Of a stretch of DNA of 35,609 nt, positions 31,643-35,609 are shown piece after piece (position 1 is the first letter of the stretch; each line of letters begins with the position of its first letter). Under the pieces are notes generated by a model that ran no database searches, was not told the origin of the DNA, and was given only the letters and a program-made list of their open reading frames with translations. Made by a program: the position numbers and the translations under genes. Source of the stretch: Folioceros fuciformis (Eukaryota); NCBI GenBank assembly GCA_049999805.1, contig JBNGIO010006406.1, positions 261,045 to 296,653 of the forward strand. Reading direction: 5' to 3'.

Positions 31643-34142
31643 CTACTCTACAACTGCGAACCGAATTCTGCACAGAAAGTGCGGCTTCACCCGCTTTGCG
31701 TCATAGACAACGTACTCGTTGTAGTCTAGAAGCATGTCATCTGCATCCTCCGCTTTCCTCAATTCTCCCAAGGGAACTGTGACCTCCACCTTATCGTCCA
31801 GCTTCATGGTGGTTGCCTGTTCCGGATCCGGCTGCTTTCTGCCCAGGGCCTTCACGCCTATATCATCCTTCTCATACTCTTTGACGTTCTTCTCAGGCTT
31901 GGGCAGCTCCACAATGTTGTCCCCCAGCCCCACCACGGAAAGGACCACCATTCCCTCAGGCCTGTCCACGGCAGTGAATCCATAGATGGCGGCTTTGGCA
32001 GCGGAGTCGTAGCAGTAGTACCCTCTGCCGAACAAGTATCCTGGAACAGGAGCATCGAAGAGCGATTTGGGCGCGCCGTTCTTAAGCCAGCGCACCATGT
32101 TGCAGGTCCTGGCTCCGCACCACAGCAGCATCTTGTTGGGGACATCCGCCAGATTCTCTAGCTTTGGCACGTCCGGCGACTCCGAATCAATCTGCACCAC
32201 ATCCTCCAAGACTACTCCGAACTCGCCACCCTGGAACTTCAGAGGCTCGAACGTGTTGGACAGGTACTTGAAGATGGTTTTGTACACCTCCCCAGACCTG
32301 TCCAGTGGCGTCATCTTGCAACCCATCCTCTCGTACCCTTCGCTCATGTGGTCATCGATGGTAGCCCCCGTCATGTTCCCGATCACCTGCGACGCAATGC
32401 TGATATCTCGCACCGAATCCGTAGCAATCGCCACAACATCTGCAATATCCTTGATCGTTCTGGCCACAAACGGATGCGGCGAGGGCACCAGACTGTATAT
32501 CCTGTTGCTGAACGACAAGCATTTCTGCTCGTGCGTGAAGTCATCATGCTTGGGCTGCTTCATGTATTCCACAAACTCCAGCACCGCATCTTGACACCGA
32601 GCCACCTGGTAGTCCGTCACATTCCCGTCTGGAGAATCCGGCGGGTTTATGCCTATCTCCTCCATGCAAAACCTGTACGTTTCCTCACTAAACAGCACCT
32701 TCAGGTAGACCTTCACCCGCGGATCCAGCTTACAGTGCAGCGCAGCAGGCCCGACCTGCCTCACCCGCAGCGCCCCCGCACGAACCTCCACACCGTCGAA
32801 CACATCAATCGGACAAAACTTCATCACCTTCTTCTCAAATTTCTTCTCCCTCTCCCACGGCTCAAACGGATTCCCCGTCAAATCCTCAAAAATCTTCACG
32901 AACTCCCGAATCCCCTTCTTCACCGAGGCCATGACGTCCAGCCTCTGATCCTTGGGCTTCCGCCTCCCGATCCTCCCAGACTTGTAATACAAATACAACT
33001 CCCCAGACGGCATCACAACCAACTGATGGCATGCGTAGTCATTCACATTCATGGCCTGATCGCAGAGCGTGAAGCAACAATTGTAGATGATATCGTCCTT
33101 TTCCAAAATCTTCCCTCCTTCCTCCTCCAGCTCGCAATCCTTATGCACCGACCTCTTCCCGGCCACCTTGAGCTCCGCCATGAGAGGCAGCGGCTCGTCC
33201 CCAGGTGCGTCGAGCACTTCAGGCGGCAACCCGAGCAGGCTAGGCAGTTCCGCTCTCAGATCGTACTCCTCGAACGGGAGCCGCTTCTTTTTTTCGATGC
33301 AGTCCCTCAACCAGTCCTCCATCACGATGGGAACCCCTAGATCCACCGCCTCTGCCACCTTCTCCGAAGACCCGCCCTGGAGGTCCCCTCTCCCCGTCAC
33401 CACGCAGTCCATATCCTTCCCCACGCGCCTCGCCACCTTACCCCCGTACTTCTCCACGTCTTGCCTCCACACATACTGCGGCTTGCTCATCCGCCCGGCC
33501 AACATGAGCGTCATGCCCTCCAGCGGCTTCTCCAACGTCTCCAGCTTCCGTACCGGCCTCTTGCCGGGATACTGCGACTTCTCCCACTCCCGCAGGAACT
33601 TGCTCTTCTTCTTTACATCTTCCGGGACCTTCCATGCCTCCTTCTTCCTCCCCGCCTCCTTGGCTATGTAGCTGCACTTGGCCCAGACCGACACGAACCC
33701 CAGGCACCTGTACACNNNNNNNNNNNNNNNNNNNNNNNNNNNNNNNNNNNNNNNNNNNNNNNNNNNNNNNNNNNNNNNNNNNNNNNNNNNNNNNNNNNNN
33801 NNNNNNNNNNNNNNNCCCGTTCGCTTCCAGCATTCCCCTCACGTCCTCCACGCTCAGCTCCTTCTCCAGACACTCTACCACGCGATCGTGTTGCTTCTCC
33901 GCCTCCTCATTCTGCTCCTCTTTCTTCTCCTGCTCCTCGTCCTCCTCCATCGGCTCCGCATCCTCCTCCTCCCCCTCCTTCGAATTCCCGCCCTTTGCGT
34001 CGTGCTTGGCGTCCCCCTTCGTCTCGTGATGCGTCCCCTTGTGCGCGCCTCCCTTCTTCTTGTTCTCCACCTTCAGCTTCTTCACCCCATGCCCGTCCTC
34101 CTCCCCCGCATCCTTCCCGCTCTGCGATTTCGTCTTGGCCAT
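31643..34142 (-). CDS. PARP3: Plant PARP3-type protein ADP-ribosyltransferase (PADR1, BRCT, WGR, regulatory, catalytic); interrupted by a 100-N gap
   Basis: Lys/Glu-rich N-terminus from ATG 34142. After the gap, YRCLGFVSVWAKC, BRCT (IVMEDWLRDC), PFEPWEREKKFEKK, LLWCGART, PVPGYLFGRG, YGFTAVDRPEG, LDYNEYVVYD. Confidence 0.92.
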
Positions 34143-34258
34143 GGCTGCAAGCGCCTGCCTGCCCGCCCGCCCGCCAACACTCGATTCTCAGCTGCGGCTT
34201 CCGTTCGATTCCTCTCTCGTGCTAAAGGAAACCCGAGCGTGAAATCTGCGTGAGCCAA

Positions 34259-34322
34259 GGCCGACGTGGTCGGCCTGCATGGCGAGCGCGATGCAGCTCG
34301 CGCCACCTCCATCCCCACGCGT
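34259..34322 (-). promoter_or_regulatory. Cluster of DRE/CRT, ABRE, RY and CE3-like motifs upstream of PARP3
   Basis: GGCCGAC-GTG-GTCGGCC at 34259-34275 (two inverted GCCGAC around ACGTGG), TGCATG at 34276-34281, CACGCGT at 34316-34322; 117-180 bp upstream of the ATG. Confidence 0.5.
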
Positions 34323-34724
34323 TCATCATCCGACATAACTGGCTTCCTCACGACTTGAACAATGCGTCCCTCCTGTTCCCCCGGCATAACCTCCACTAAA
34401 ATGCAGCCTGTGGAACGTACTGTACGCAGTGTACGTTTCATGTAGCCAGCTTTCCCTTTTAAAAATATGAAGGAAACCCGGGGAGCTATGGAGCTCGGGA
34501 GCTAGGTGGCGAGGTAGTGCAGCCACTTAACTCCACTCTAAGTTTAGCTTCAGTTAACAACGTGAAGCTAAGTTTAGCTGGTGAACACAGGCATGGTCTA
34601 CATATCCTGAGGGCAGGAGAGTAAGGTGAGCGGCCGGGACAGAGACATGGACCAACGCGAGCTCTTACCTTGTATGCCTGTGCCCGAAGCGATGCGATGG
34701 CAAATGCTATGTGCTCGTCGCACA

Positions 34725-34738
34725 TAAACCCTAAACCC
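34725..34738 (+). promoter_or_regulatory. Telo-box / two plant telomere-type units upstream of the ABC1 kinase
   Basis: TAAACCCTAAACCC. Confidence 0.45.
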
Positions 34739-35078
34739 CAAATCGATGAAGTTGAAGGAGCGAGGCGCGATGGAAGCGACCATGGACGCCGCGTGTCTGT
34801 GGAGTCGAGTGGCACCGACGGATCCTGCAGCTGGCCACCACGTAGCTCCACAAGCTCAAGCAGCCCGGTAGATCGGCACTTCTGCTGGCATCCCAGCATG
34901 GGACGCTGGAGCTTCCATCTGCCGCGCGCCGTGTGCCATCCCCATGCCGAGTCGAGCTCGTATGTGGTTGTGGTGTTTCTGGCGCGCCAGGAGATCTTGT
35001 TCGGCCGCTAACACTTCTGGGAGCTGCTTCTTTTGATTTGGAGAATTCGGAGACCATGTGCATCTCAGCGGCTGGCTG

Positions 35079-35609
35079 ATGAGGAATGCAGCAGTGCAGG
35101 TATGGCCGCGGCTCTGCGGGTACAGGCCTTGCGGTTCCGTGGCGGACCGGAGGGGGAGATCGGGACTCGAGCGAGCTCGGTGCATTCGGACTGTGGCAGG
35201 GGCCGGAGGGAGGAAGGCCACGTGGGAGAATTATGATCCGCAGGCGTTTTCCGACTATTACTGGTACCGGCCGTTGCACGTGCTCCACAGGGCCGCGGCG
35301 ATTGTGGCGGAGATGGCCATGCTGAGCTTCTGGCAGGTGGCGGAGAAGGATATCCGGAGGCGGGCGGCCAAGCTGCGGCAGAGCCTCATTCGCCTGGGCC
35401 CGTTTTACATCAAGCTGGGGCAGGCGCTGAGCACGCGGCCAGACGTGATGCCGAGCGCCTATTGCGTGGAGCTTGCCAAGTTGCAAGATCGGATTCCTCC
35501 TTTTCCGACTCCGCAGGCGCTGCGGTTCATGCGGGAGCAGCTCGGGGCTGCGCCGTCCGAGCTGTTTGCGAGCATCAGTGAGGAGCCCGTGGCTGCGGCT
35601 TCGCTGGGC
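35079..35609 (+). CDS. ABC1/UbiB atypical kinase, 5' partial (ABC1K2/At5g24970-like)
   Basis: Open frame to the window end: Arg-rich transit-like N-terminus, YDPQAFSDYY..RP, LGPFYIKLGQALSTRPD, ELAKLQDRIPPF, PVAAASLG. The start is uncertain and an upstream exon near 34900-34959 is possible. Confidence 0.88.
   Translation, partial: MRNAAVQVWPRLCGYRPCGSVADRRGRSGLERARCIRTVAGAGGRKATWENYDPQAFSDYYWYRPLHVLHRAAAIVAEMAMLSFWQVAEKDIRRRAAKLRQSLIRLGPFYIKLGQALSTRPDVMPSAYCVELAKLQDRIPPFPTPQALRFMREQLGAAPSELFASISEEPVAAASLG

Noticed and set aside
32067..34253. Several long plus-strand ORFs (175-330 aa)
   Set aside because: Antisense shadows of the GC3-rich PARP3 CDS; some run through Ns.
34731..35486. 251-aa minus-strand ORF
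   Set aside because: Antisense to the ABC1 kinase 5' region.

Overview
Eukaryotic nuclear DNA from a land plant, most likely a non-seed plant with a compact genome (hornwort/bryophyte/lycophyte-like). This is inferred from ~60-260 nt GT-AG introns, intergenic gaps often under 300 bp, a PARP3 with a C-Y-E triad and a FAM228-like cilia-type gene. The left 7.5 kb holds two degenerate Ty1/copia LTR retrotransposons. Element A (1-5671) appears nested in the pol gene of element B (5672-~7491). Element A has an unusual repeat-rich ORF upstream of gag and apparently non-canonical AG..CT LTR termini. A GDSL esterase pseudogene follows, then a gene-dense block: PUX10-like, a THUMP-domain gene, two NFD4/nodulin-like MFS paralogs, a two-domain glycosyltransferase with a tandemly duplicated first exon+intron, an intronless PHAF1/UPF0183, a divergent BPS1/DUF241-like ORF in an AT-rich island, a possible RecQ relic, a multi-exon FAM228-like gene, an apparently intronless PARP3 with an ABRE/DRE/RY-type promoter module, and the 5' part of an ABC1 kinase. 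Three assembly gaps (8528-8537, 16487-16586, 33716-33815) limit some calls. Family assignments come from remembered motifs, not database searches.
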